A DNA stretch of 61,864 nucleotides, filler included, from Platydemus manokwari (taxonomy: Eukaryota), in NCBI GenBank assembly GCA_037951405.1. It is 6 parts of 6 records of this genome, joined end to end, with 100 filler letters (N's around TTAATTAATTAA, not from the genome) between each part and the next. Parts side by side here need not be neighbours in the genome. Positions count along the whole stretch, not along the records: positions 19,130 to 29,278 come from JBBMOY011163435.1; positions 29,379 to 41,466 come from JBBMOY010308891.1; 4 more parts are not named here. The stretch is one strand, 5' to 3'. Positions 24,400 through 37,740 of this stretch are shown here, piece by piece. A model generated the notes under the pieces. The model saw only the letters and a program-made list of their open reading frames with translations, did no database searches and had not been told where the DNA came from. The position numbers were made by a program, and so were the translations under genes. Numbering within the stretch: the stretch's first letter is position 1; every line of letters starts with the position of its first letter.

Positions 24400-25400
24400 T
24401 CTAACACTCAGAATATGAAGGTATGGAGTTCAACTATTCGGCTTGGGTTTCTTTTCTTTATCTCTTGATTGTGTCGGTGTGATCATTAATCACCTGTAAT
24501 TCAATTCTTTGTTTGTATCCGGCGAATTTGCAGCTCTTTTCCACATGGACGATGTTATCTGTTTTTCATTAATGTAGCTGGCTATGATATCCATAATTCT
24601 TCCATGTCTATAAACTATTAGATGCCTGCTCACTTCTCATTTTTGTTCAAGGTTGGCAGTGTATGTGATTTGGCCTTGTTGATAAACAGGTATTAGGCTA
24701 TCGTGAGGCTCCCTCTAAATAATATCCTGTACCATTGATATCTCAGATGTCTTAGTAGCTTAGGGAGCTCATGGATCTTTTTGTGACTTATCAATGCTTG
24801 CCTAAGCATTGTCCGTCAATTTTTTCTGTCCTATCTTAACACCAATTTCGTTGTCGATGATTTTGAATTGGATGTCAGTGAGAAGTTTCATTTGGTATGT
24901 TTGATGGCTTCTCTTATTTTGCCCAACCTCGCTTGGTAACCTTGATGTGTGAGTTGAGCCAAATAACGTCTTCCTCGAGTGATGATGCTGCTTTTGATTC
25001 ATTGCTTATTCTGAACGATTGCCGCATAATATCTCGGATAAGCTGGTGTTTGCTTGTGACGCATCGGATTGTAAATTTTAAAATTACTATTTTCAATTAT
25101 TATCTAGTACCAGTTAGGTCATAAACACTTTCAGGCATAATATTTATTTAAAAAATCCACCAATCATTTATTTAACCAAACACAACTTGTTTCTTTATTT
25201 AATCGCGTTACTCGCCTTCTCTTAAGACCCACTCCACCGTTTAAGCCACTCTAATCGTCTGGATTTTATCGCATGAAGGAATTGAGTCTCCCTCGATATG
25301 GGCCTTCGTACTGGTATCTATTTTTCTTCTTATGGTGATATTCCTTTTTCTGATATTCAACTTGTTTTATATGAAGACATGTTTAACATTGGTTTCTGTC
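24400..25400 (-). mobile_element. Ty3/Gypsy fragments: integrase end, purine tract, short LTR, PBS and decayed gag-pol
   Basis: QYEGPYR at ~25300, AAGAGAAGGCGAG purine tract, and an LTR end GTGTTTATGACCTAAC followed by TGG at 25112-25110. The same LTR-end motif occurs at 28883-28898. Confidence 0.5.
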
Positions 25401-25849
25401 AGGGTGAAAGTTATAAATATTTTTAATACAATAACTACATCTTTTATATGAATCTGCGTTCATTTTTTAAAATGGAATTTTTAGCTTTTTAATTCCTCGA
25501 GATATTTCTGTTTCACTATACAAACATGCTCTTTCTTAACTTCGTTCTGTAATTTAATTTCTAATTTATTATTATCACGTGTAGATTTGAGCAAATTTTT
25601 TTAATAATTAAATTTGATAAGCTATATTGAAAACTTTTCAAATGAAAATATTATTAAAAAAACTTATTATTAACTCGTATTACATGTGTCACAGTTATGG
25701 TATGTTGAAACAAAGTCTAACTATAAAAATATATTAGCTGGTTGTTATTAAAATATTGTTATTAAAAAATCTTCAGTGTTTATATAAATATTAAAAAGAT
25801 TGTATATAAAATTAGGAATGTGTTAAATATTCATATATAGTTTTATTAT

Positions 25850-28260
25850 CTTAATATTTATTATATTGCGTAATATTTTTCATTTGGTATTTGAGGTTCG
25901 ACCAGTCGTGAGAAAGTGGGTTGCTTGACCCAAGGCAGCTCCTTTGCTTAGAATGAGTTAGTCCCATCATCGGGTATGAGTTCAATTGCTAGAAGGTAAC
26001 TCATCTCCAACTAACCGAACAGAAGAATAAAAAAGAAGTGAAGGCTAGACTGGTCGACCGGCTTCTTAGAAGTTGGATTGGATTACGCATTTGGGTTCAT
26101 GTTCCTTTTTGAGATTCCATCTTTATCCTCCGTGTATTTGTTCTTCCAAGTTCCGACGCTCGGCTGACTGTATTCTACCCAAGGCATTAAAACCAATTTT
26201 TAACTTTCTCACCTATGAATTTAAAATCAAAAGAGAACATTTGTGGCATTAAATTACAACCTAATATTCGTTGTAAACCAATCAATGTTTTCACCAGATT
26301 TAGATTTAATATCATAAGCTTAATGGCTGATATACCAAAATCACCACGAAATTGCGTATCTCCTCTAATCGGAAGATTTGTCCCCTCTTTCATGTTGATT
26401 AACACGCCCGTGTGACGGTGACGAACTTTCGCAGATAGCACACTTTACCTTATCTGCGTCCATTACAATCAGGTGACAACTCGGGTCCGGACCTGGTGCT
26501 CCTCCCACCGGGTTGGTAGGAATCAATGCACTCCCAATTTCCTGTGCTCTCTGCTGGTTCCGAGGAGGTCATGGCACAGTTATCATCCAATGCTCCTTCT
26601 ACCGAAGTGGTAGAATTCATAGCATTATCAAAACTATTCAAGGTTTGCTCCATTTCATGAACAGATAGGTCCAAAATATTATCATTATTATTAATTTGAG
26701 AATAGTTATATGATGACGCAAATAAGGGAGAATTTTCAACTATCTCATCAATAGAATTTGAAATAGAGTCAATGCTGTTTTCGTTAATTAAATTTGATAG
26801 TGGTATATCATCAAGATCAACATTAGGTTTATTATTATTATTTGAAATACCAGTAAACACTATTTCGGATGAATCTGAAATAATGCCATCGTCTGGGTCG
26901 GATTTCATTTCGCTCTTACTATTAGTGATAATATTTAAAAAGTTACAAATATTATATAAACAATTGCTGCAACCACAGCCAATATTTTGTATTAATTTAA
27001 TATAATCATAATTAATTAAATTATTTGGTATTTGATTACATAAGCAATACTTCCTCGTTTTAAAATTAGAGGAATCAAAAGGTTCATTAATTAGTTTTAT
27101 ATAATCAATTTCCATTGTGTTGGGACTTTATCATCGCAAATCAGTGGTTGAGGAGATTGCTGTCAAGGCCTGGATTCAATACGGGTGGTTCTTGTCTAGA
27201 AAGAGAAGGATTACAAACAGGTCCGTTAAAGTAAAAATTATCTGTTGTTCCGGTCGGTTTGTGATTCTTCTTCCCTTGGTTCACCACATTCTGAAATCCA
27301 GTGTTTGCATTACGTAAAAAATCAAAGTTACTTAATTCATCATCTCCGAGTTCCACCGATTTGTTTCTGCCCAAAAAATGGGGTCCATCGACTGTCCTCT
27401 GGCCAGGACGGTTTTGATGCCAGCCAGTTGCTCCTGCAGCGGAGAACAAACTGGGAAAAGCAGTTATTACATTAGAGTCCATTGCTATGAAGCTAGAAGC
27501 GATTTTCGAAGCAGACATAAGTTTGCTATGAATCTAGATATTTATATCCTTTAAGCGGAGCACTTTCAAGACATTCAATGTCTTTTGCGGGACCGAGCCT
27601 AGTGACCCAACAACTATAGTGTGTACACTGACATTATTGCAGGGCTTATATTTTTTTACAACATCGGATAACGATACATAATGAGTGAGATTTCTTTCAT
27701 CTGCCTGTGTCATTAGACGTTCAGTGTCGAGTGGACATTTAATGTCCACAAGAAAGATTTCCTTACCTAAGCAGTTCTCAATATAGAGACCGACTCTGAG
27801 TTTCCTTTTGAGAAATCTTTATCCCTCCTTAAAGTCTCCAAAAAATTTTTCATTTCCGTATCGTCTGTTCCGGGGTCCAAAAAGCAGAACTCTTCAAGCT
27901 CCGGATGACGTTCCATTAGTTTACCAAGTTCCTGAGTATTTAGGGCCTTCAGATCATTAATGGGTTCATCTGCAGACTATTAATTTTAATTTGCAATTAA
28001 TGAACTCAGCTTGCTTGTCAATCAAACATCTTGGGATCCGATTTTCCTTTTTAAGATCTTTGAGTACTCGATTGAAATACTCGTTCCGATTCGCAGAGTT
28101 GGTGTTGGTACACCCCTGCTAAATTCAGTAAAATTCTCGAACAGAAATTTACTAACACACAGGGGCATCAATCAAGTTTTTCCCTAAGTGAGGTTTCGGT
28201 AAAAATCCATCATCAAATACAGAGATCATTGATTTTTTGCAACCAGGCATCACGTCACAA
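25850..28260 (-). mobile_element. RLE non-LTR retrotransposon 3' portion (zinc knuckle and RLE) with long downstream coding extension and structured 3' end
   Basis: Degenerate C..C..E...QGC...NRN, then KLRVGLYIEN..EIFLVDIKCPLD..K..VSVHTIVVGSLGS..LKVL..MSASKIASS. ORFs 27141-27518, 26450-27115 and 26187-26441 follow on the same strand. Confidence 0.7.
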
Positions 28261-28274
28261 TTCAATTATATATA

Positions 28275-29223
28275 TTATACTCTAGCGTCGTCCATCTTAA
28301 ACATCTCTTCATGTCTGGTTCCATTTCGATTTTTCTTGTAATCTATTGATTCAACTATATCGTCGAAGCACTCATAACTTCTATGATATTCATGTCTGGT
28401 TTCAGGATGATATCTCTTGCTATCTTTGACTATGATATCTTTGACTATGGAATCTTGTTTCAACCCAGAATTTATGACCGCCTGAACCATTCTATGAACT
28501 CTTATCTCGAAAGTAGCAAACCGTTTGTTGAACATTTGCTAGTTTGACAATCATATCCATTATAGATTTTTTGATTGTAAATGTATCTTCAAACCACGAT
28601 TTAGCTGAATTTTCTGTGGTATCTTCCGAATTGAAATTTTTCCACAAAATGCTTGCCTCGTCTGAAAGCAATAAATCAAATGCGCTAATCAGCCTGAGAC
28701 TATTAATTAATAGCTACTTCTGTGTATCCCGCATCCACATTGCGGCCTAGTTTGAATATCTCCCATCAAATTTTAGAATATTGAAATTGAGCTCTTATTG
28801 TGCGTGTTTCGGCAAAATCTTTAATAACTGTTTCTTCTGCTGGTTCCTTGTTATTGCATTGATTTGTATGGCGTGGTGGCCAGTTAGGTCACAAACACAA
28901 TGTGTTTATTTAATAAAGTTACAGTGTTGCGTTTTGGGGTCACTCTCTTTTTATCTTAATTATTGTTTCTCTTTTCTTATGATGATCGATTCTACGACTT
29001 AATCAGTGCTCTGAGTCCGTTTTTGACCCTCAGGTAGCAGTGAAACCTTATGATATTAATTATTATTGTTGGCCTCGACGATCACAACCTATATGAAGAT
29101 AAGTGGATCGGCGTAGAAATCGATGTTTCAATTTATTACTTATCTCTCTTGCCTCTCTTGCTACTATTTTTACTATTATTATCAGTCTCTTTTGTTTTAT
29201 GCTTAACAAAATTATTCCCAACA
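28275..29223 (-). mobile_element. Ty3/Gypsy 5' LTR (~28883-29223), PBS and gag remnant
   Basis: The LTR starts TGTTGGG and ends AATAAA..GTGTTTGTGACCTAAC, followed by TGGCCACCACG (PBS-like). Gag-like sequence: ILKFDGRYSN*AAMW..LLLSDEASILW..KSWFEDTF..NKRFATFEIRV. Confidence 0.65.
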
Positions 29224-29451
29224 ATCGGTGATGAATGATATTGACAAAATATATGATGAAATTATGATACCTTATATCNNNNNNNNNNNNNNNNNNNNNN
29301 NNNNNNNNNNNNNNNNNNNNNNTTAATTAATTAANNNNNNNNNNNNNNNNNNNNNNNNNNNNNNNNNNNNNNNNNNNNATCCAATGGGCTTTATTTTGAT
29401 TAATAAACTTATTTTTTAAGCGAGTTATAGTCTTTTAAAGTTGCTGTTAGA

Positions 29452-29482
29452 TAACAGCCATTATTTTTGCACCAACCTAATA
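29452..29482 (-). mobile_element. mariner-type TIR with TA near a contig edge
   Basis: Reverse complement TATTAGGTTGGTGCAAAAATAATGGC resembles the cecropia-subfamily mariner TIR. Confidence 0.7.
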
Positions 29483-29529
29483 TTAGTTATCACAAGCAAC
29501 CAATAATTGAAAATGAGGTCAAGTGATAT

Positions 29530-32500
29530 GAATTTGTTTTGAATCCATCACTGACCCAATTACTAAATTGATATATTTGAGATGATATTCAATACTGGTG
29601 CTATAGTCCATACTGCTTGTTATCAATATTATCATTATTTATTTATAATATTATTAATAAAATTATTATTATATTATCATTAAAGGTAAATGTTAAAGCA
29701 ACACCAAAAGGTATCTTCTGTTGATAATATTAGATTATGCGGCACCCAGATATCTCCGATCAGTGGTCAAGACAACTGAGGAATACTTTCAGGATTTTAA
29801 AAATTATTTTTTGAATTAAAATGACCTGGAAATTGTATCTGTTGTCCAAAATACATCGGTTCGATTTGTTTGAAACCATTGGATCCTGTCTTCATATAAG
29901 TTCTGCTTGTTACCTCTCAAATCTGTACTGTATATTATGACTTCATAATCAGTTTCTTCACTCCAGAATAAGTAATTTATCATCCAATCGATCTCTATTT
30001 TTGTAATGGACCATTTCTAATAACATATGACTCTATTAATGAACGAAAATCATAACCAATAGTTACCGATTTGAGAATTTGACGATAACTACCACTAGCA
30101 TTAGAAATTGAAATGGATCTTTTATTTTCGGAAAGAAAGATTCTCTTAATCAGTTCATCAAGATATGTCCCGACGACCTTTTGAGATAAAGGTAGCACAA
30201 TTTCCTCGTCAGTGGCTTTTAATAAAATGCATTGTCATTATAATGATTTAATCAATAATATATATAGTTACACTTCAGAATATCCACAGGAACACATAAC
30301 CCGGCAGAGAGATCACTAATGTCAATCTCCACACAAATATTGTTCCATTGGAATTGATAATTTTTACCGATTTTGAAAGAATATAAAACAATTGTTTCAG
30401 CGCATGAAATTGTGTGGTTTTTCAAAAATTCCTTTTTAATTGAACCTGATAATTGCTTGATAAGAAATACTCGAATATAGCAAGGGATTCTTCCATCAAT
30501 TGTCTCACTGACAGCATTGGTGAGAAATGTCACTTGAAATTCGACAGTCATTTGATCTGATATGGAATACGTCTTTTTGTTGATGAAGACATTATCGATA
30601 GCAGGAGGCCCTGAATTGTGATGACATTTTAATAATAAATAATTTTATTTCAATTATATTTAAATTATATTTCCTTGTTGATATTATTTGATCATACTTA
30701 TAGCTTTCAATCCCGGATCAATATTTAATACAATAGGTGTCACAGAATCAAACACGTTTATTGTTTAACTTCATGGATACTACAACAAGTTCATAGGCAT
30801 TACATCAGTAAAAGTCCCTTTGGTAAATTAATTTGGTTATGACTAGTTCGAGTTTTTTTCATGTTATTTCTATTATTTTTTTCAAATTATTTTAGTGATA
30901 GAATTTTTTGTCTAAATATATATATGTGTGAGTGTGTGTTATTCCGAAATTATTTGATGACTCATCGATTTCATGACTTTCTCGATTTTTACAAACTGGA
31001 GTGGATTTTTATTTTTATGTTAGTGCATACATAATTATTTCATTGCATTATTAATACTGTATAAATCATCAAACCTTTTGTACAAGGAATTAGCAGTTGT
31101 TTTATGACTTCATTGCCATATGTTGACATCACAAGTGGACGAATCGTAGCTCTGATAGTTTGGCTGCAAATACCATAATTAGAGAGACTCACATTGAGCT
31201 GACTGACTGTCTATAGGGTATCAATTATTATATTATCGATCGATGACAGGTTTACCAATGCCCAACTTTTAGTTCGATTAAGATTGATAAGATCAACAAA
31301 ATATTCAATGCCTTCTGATTTTGTTACTGGTTTCCATGACAATATTATTTCATTTGTTGCCAATCTTGAAATTGCAATTGAATGCTCGTCAACGGAGTTC
31401 ACATAAATATTGTTGAGATTTACTATAAATTGAATAATAGTTTATATTTACACTATATATATATAAAATATCGATTTTTTATTTGAAAATATGAGTTATC
31501 AAGCTTTGTGAGATCCATTTAATAGGGTGAAATTAATATCGGAAAATATCCTCTCGATATGGTGAGGTTATGTGGTTTTAGGTTTTGTCATTTAGGCGAA
31601 CGTGCTTTGATGCGCATAAAATAAATATTTTGATAAAAATAAAGATCACTTATCAGTATTGATTAAAAAAATATTATCTGTCAAGTAGAAACAAAATAAG
31701 AAAATTGTTTTATCATCATTTTACTTAGGTCAAAATAAAAGATCACAATAAAGGAAGAGTTAATAATTTTATAGTTTGATAGATATTGGCTTAGAGTATG
31801 AGATTGAGAACTAATCAATCCATGGAGAGTCTCTACCTTTGATAATAATTCTTCTTTAGGAAATTGAAGAATCAAAGAAATACTCTTTAGTATTTAAAAA
31901 GCTGCCACGGAAAATTCGTCACAAATTATACTTGTGATTTAACCCGTTGATGATGAGAAAATCAACAAATTAAAGAAATAAGCATAAATATGATTTCAGG
32001 AGTCTCACTTGGTTTGACAAAATTGATTCCCGAAATATCTGATGAATCATTCAGTAAAACAAGCGAACTATTTCCGATCCAATTCTCCAAAATGACTGCT
32101 TTTGATGATAATTTTACAATTCCATAATCGGTTGCAAAGCATCTACAATGATGAGGTAATTAAATATCTTTCGACTGTTATAAAGGCGAGCAATTAAAAG
32201 AGATAATTTTTAAAATCATTTTTTTATAAAAAACAGTAAATAGATTTTTAAAATATTTATTTCTACTTTAATCTAAGCTATCGACTATTAAAATTTCAAA
32301 TATTAAAAATCAATAATTTGTTTGAATCTTGTGATGAAAAATATATTTTGAAGTGACATTTTAAAATTCGTATTCAGCATAAAACTTTAACAAAATACAA
32401 GCAGTTAACAAAATATCTAACTTATTAACTTATCTGTTAATTGTGCATTGGAGAATGTGATTCAAGGATCTACTTCGAGAAGTACGATAAATTATATTTT

Positions 32501-35500
32501 TATTAACGGGGTGAAAATTATCAATTTATTAAGAAAGGAAACAGAAATGTAACTATAATGAAAGGGTTATAAAAGAATGCTTATAATCTATCGAAGGATA
32601 AAAGATAACTTATCCGTAGTAAGGGGTTATTTAATTGATATCTTTAAATATTGCTAACAACGAAAGCTGAAAACTAACCTTTTGGCACCTCCGTAAAGCG
32701 ATAACAATTGAATCTCTCGGAAAATCTTGACGATTTTTGTGGGTTGAGCTTCACATAAAAGAGAGCTTATGTTCACTGAAGATATGAGAGAATTATTGAT
32801 AGGAAATCCGTTTAGATTTGTGAAATTAATGACGCCATTGGTTGAGAATGCCAGAATATTGTTGTCGGAAAATATCGCGAAATCTTGAACCGGGTTTGTA
32901 ACAATTTGATCTAATCGATAGTTTCTGTGATCCATTGGCCGATAACGATATATCTTGATAAAATGTATTTAAAAACCTGACGTCATTAATTATTTTTAAT
33001 CATAACTGTTACTTATATAGTTGACTACTATTAACATTGATGTCATATTATAATTATATATTATTATATTCAGGAACAGGAATACAAAATTTACCAAAAC
33101 ATAGATCGATAAACATAAATATGAGAAGGTTTATTAAAAGTCACAAAAATCATAAAGTTCAAAGCTCGGATGACAATAATGAGGCTATGTTAATTCATGA
33201 AGTGACAAACAAGATTCACAACAAAAAAGCCTGTTTATATTAAAATAAGGACTGATCTTTCTATCTGTAATGAGCATTCCGAAAATATTATAAGCATTAG
33301 GAGCTGATTATCGCAACCAAGATTTTATATTTTTAATTCAATCAATATTATAAAAAATATTGGATATGCCATTAAAACAATCAAAATATTCATGGGAGCC
33401 GTTGAAATAATCTTCAAAGGGCTTATATATAAAGATTTGATAAGTTCACATTCCAATAGTCAGTCAAATTCCCAATAAATATACATATATATACAACTGG
33501 AAACAAACACCGAGATTCGACAATTGCAGGAGATATGAGGAGCAATTTCTAACAGATCGACGTGTGAACGACTCCATCAAATGAAAATTAAGACTGAGAA
33601 ACATCCAATGTCTACACACGATGAGCCAATTAAAGGAGTTGGATTTCACGAGAATGTCACAGTCTTTTTGGTCTGTAATCTCTATTCTGTTTTACTTTTC
33701 TGGAAACCAGTCTTTGTGGTTCTCATTTGTTTTATATTTAATTTTCGGGTTCTGATCTCATCTGGAGTGATTATCTATTATTGGTTATTTGTGATTTTTA
33801 ATTATGTTTATTGACGAACTGAGTTTGTAATTCAAGGTGATTTATATCATAATTTCCCGCATCCAGTATTCATTTAATATGCTAACAGAAATCAGTATCT
33901 ACAATCGTCATAGACAAGCGATTAGATTTCTTATGAGTCTATTAACGGTGAGCTATAGTTACAATGAAAACCACGGAATGTCATTAATGGTAAACGCTAC
34001 CATTACATAAATTTGTAAATAACTGAAAGCTATAAATTATTTTTGTTTTTGTTTAAATGTAGTGATTTTAATAAATTTTCTCTTGCAAATCATCAACTAT
34101 TTTAGTTTCTAATAATCAAATAAATCAAATTTTTGGAATGATTTGAATATCGACGATGAACCAAAACCTTTGTAGAGCAGCCACAATTATTAATATTATA
34201 AAAATAATCTAAATTCCAAAAGATTATTTTTATCATTTTATAAACTGACCCAATTATTTTTTGAATCGATAAAATATATATTTCCAGTTTTATGATCAAC
34301 TTCGAATCTTTTTGCTAACAATTCCTGGGATATTTTGATTTCAATTGAACGGGTCGATGTTTTCATTATTGTGCCGTTTTGGAGGAGAATGAAGCCACAG
34401 TTATCAAACATTCGCAAGTCTGAAATAGATTTTCAATTATTAATTAAATCAAGTTTAATTAAGTAATTTATTTATTTATTTATTATATTATATTATAAAT
34501 ATAATCGATTAAAAAATTATTTTTGATACCATTTACGATAGATTTATTCTCCAACACATGATGAATGAAAACAGTTTTGAATTTATCCAAATTCAAAGAG
34601 TAGGCCTTTATGACACCATTATTGATGATGAAATATTTCAACTCTTTTTCCTTGGCTACCGAATTGGTTACACCGGTTATGGATTTGGAATGCCTTCCAA
34701 TTGATATGGTAATTGTGTATTGGGTTTCTGGTTTCAAACCAGCAAAATGGAAATATTTCTCCACTCCGATATTGGTTAAATAAACAATGGAACTGTTCCT
34801 CCAGATAACCACAGTGTAATTGTACTTGTTCCAAGCTGTTTTGGCTAGAGTTTTATCAATATTTAATCAGTATTATAAATCAGGAGAGAACATAAACAAT
34901 GATTATTGGTAAATGATTTGAGATTTTAATGAGGGGATCTCCAATCATGATCAACAAAGTGGTTAAATTTTATAAATAATTGAGGTCATTGATTATAAAT
35001 TTGCTTTAAAATAATGAAAGAGAATACAAATTGGTAATACTATGTAATGGTGAATGAGAATATTGATTTATGTTATCCTTTTTATAAAGCCAATATTTTT
35101 GACAATTTGAAACATCGGCACCGTATTTTCATTCACAAACACACCCAGACCTGTTAGGAATTTAAAATTTTAATTTCCTCACATTTCCTTAACAAACTTG
35201 CTCTTGTCACAATGTTGGTCACAATAAACGTATGAATTAAATATTGTCTTCTCATCTCATTGAAACTCTCTTCAGTGAGTCAAAAGTATTGGGTGATTTG
35301 CAACAGATATTGAGAATCATTTTAAACTTAAGATTAATAACTATCTTTGAACATTAACGTTACAAATAATACAGAGGCAGATTACATAAAAAGAAGTTAT
35401 AACAGCAAGATTTAAGATAAACGGTAAAGTAATTTCGGCAATATAATTCTTGTGTTGGTTTCGAGATGAAACAAAACTATTGACGGTTATCGGAAATATA

Positions 35501-37345
35501 TGTTTAATAAGAGTAAATCAAATCAAATTTAAATTCAAATCAAAATCCCATCACAAATTTAATTCCTCAACAATTATGCCAATATAAATCTCCGGAATTT
35601 CATATTCATATCAATGAAATGTGAATAAGTTTAATTTTCATGTCAAGTCTTGGCACTGCCGTTTTTTCCTGTTACCCGTTAAATTCTCTCAATAAGGGTA
35701 CAATTAAACATGTATCTATTAATGCATGATATTGATATGTTAGTAAAATATCAAGGAGAGATTTATCCTTACATTTCCACTGTTCGATCGGTTGATTCCA
35801 CGTGATTCTAACATCATTTTTGCCAAAAAAAGAATTGGTTATTTCCATTGACAGACTGGGCACTAAAAGACACAGAAAATTATTGATTAAAAATCATCAA
35901 TTACCGGAAATATTTCTATTGGTGGACCAAATATTTATGTAGCAATCGATTTCCATTTGAATATGATTAACTTTGTAAATGTCATTCTGCTTCTCCAGTT
36001 GGTAAGTTGCGTTTGTATTCCATGCCAGATATCCATGTAGATCTTTCTGTAACTTTGCTGGTACATTAAATAAGATCTTGTTCGATAATAGCGTGGCGTT
36101 ATCGAAAATGAATGTTTGGAATTGATTTCTACTTAGAATATGTATGGAGGAAAGATCTCCATCGAGAAGAATGGAATAAGGACGAGAAACATTTACTCGA
36201 ATAGTCATTACTTCCATCAGAGTTGTGTTGCGAGACACGACTGATGGAATGGTGGCATAGAAATGATTCATATTGTTATTAGCCACAATGAGATGGATAA
36301 ACCTGCAATGACAAAAACCACACTAAAATTTGTCATTCGAAATAATTTAAAATAACCCATTGACAGGATCAACAACACCATCAATGAAGGTGTAATCAGA
36401 GCCACTTTGGATTTCCAAAATTACTTTGCTCTCAAAATCAATTTGATAAATCTAAATCAATGAAAATGATGAACAATTTGACAATGGAAATAAACCTTTT
36501 TATAAAATACAACCATCAGATGTTTGTTTAACCAATCGTAATCCATTGAGAGAACCGGTTCTTGTGGAAAAAATGATATTCGTTTCGTTATATTTGTTCT
36601 TACATCATGAGAAACCAAATGGTTTTCAGTGATAAAGAATAGATCCATATGAGTGTTTCCATAGCATATCGCTGATTTCAAACACAAAACAAATTTTTAA
36701 AGTTAAAATTTTATCAAAATCCTTTTTGTTTAAATTGATATATTTAAATGAAATTAAGGATTGAGTTAAAAAAGAGTCCTTTGACCCATTTTAATGTGAT
36801 GATTTTTTGTGAGTTATTTGATATTAAAATTTATTTATAATCATATTTTAATTAAATTTTTAGATAAAATTTTATTTTATATTAAAAACCAAAATTCAAC
36901 GGTAACAATGAAAAACCATGTATTCGATATTTGGTACTTTCAAAACATTCCTCGACAATTTATATTACTATACTTACGGCTGGAAATATATTTCCGTGGC
37001 AAGATGTTTCTTCAATGGCGAGGAATCTACAAATTTTGTTGTATCTCAATTAATAATTTTTGAATTATTGGTTTAATTTTAATAAAAATTGTTAATACTT
37101 GTTGCTTATTAGTTTACTAATGTACATAATTTTGTAAATATAATTTTTTATGTGAGCCCCTGAACCAAAAGTATTTTATTCAGAATGTCGAAAAGGGACA
37201 AGGCTGAATTATTGAACCAAGTCCCTATTTGAATTCCGAAATTAATATATATGTTGCCTCTTCACCTGTACGATTTATTTGATTTGGATCAAATCTTCAT
37301 TTCATTACAACATTGACAGGTTTGGGATCTATGTATCCAATCTAT
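29530..37345 (-). CDS. Multi-exon YWTD beta-propeller plus fibronectin type III ectodomain gene, Sevenless/ROS1-like; partial, with no kinase or TM segment seen before the gap
   Basis: Spliced exons give SMDYDWLNKHL, GVVDPVNGFIHL, IEIDWMINYLFWSE and VFWTT (YWTD repeats), alternating with FN3 signatures VRITWNQP, FAGLKPETQYTITI, ILSWKPV..IEYFVDL and GPPAIDNV. Short GT-AG introns, e.g. 30017-30066. Confidence 0.65.
33450..33840. repeat. Dispersed repeat family, copy 2 (intronic)
   Basis: AAAGGAGTTGGATTTCACGAG and neighbouring blocks match the reverse complement of 43860-43900. Confidence 0.6.
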
Positions 37346-37449
37346 TAAATGATATTTATATACTTATTTTGAGATAAAAAAACAAGTACCTTGTTCCTGG
37401 CACTTCTCAATAATTCCGAAGTCACTTTTTTATAAAATAATTATAAAAA

Positions 37450-37740
37450 TCTTAGATATCATTCTGATTGTTTCTAATGTTAAAAGAAGGGGTCCTCGCT
37501 AATATTAAATTAATTGCATTTTGACCTACTTTGACTTATTTTTCAAATAATTAATTTTTAGGAGATTTTAAAAATCCTGTGCATGTATTATTTTATTCTA
37601 AACAACTAAAATTTTACTCAAGTACCTAAATAAAAAATTCAAAATGTTATTAAAGAATTTAATTATATAATCTATATAGATTTTTGCAATGCACCCCATA
37701 ATTTTCAAATTTTGTTTTAGGACCCTATTTTTTAACTTTA
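37450..37740. repeat. Dispersed AT-rich repeat (also ~45420-45680 inverted, and split around the pogo element at 56310-58320)
   Basis: CAAGTAC.TAAATAAAAAATTCAAAATGTT.TTAAAGAATTT and TCCTCGCTAAT blocks are shared. Confidence 0.7.

Noticed and set aside
28540-29120. RT domains 5-9 of the RLE element (YADP, YLRV)
   Set aside because: The region is better explained as a Gypsy LTR, PBS and gag; the RT-like words are short chance matches.
29990-30070. Apparent frameshift in the YWTD/FN3 gene
   Set aside because: Resolved by a 50-nt GTAACT..TAG intron (30017-30066) giving ILKS|KWSITKIEIDWM.
33581-33814. Small hydrophobic ORFs shared with 43755-43946 as a conserved micro-protein
   Set aside because: The third copy has stops in this frame; similarity is explained by repeat DNA.
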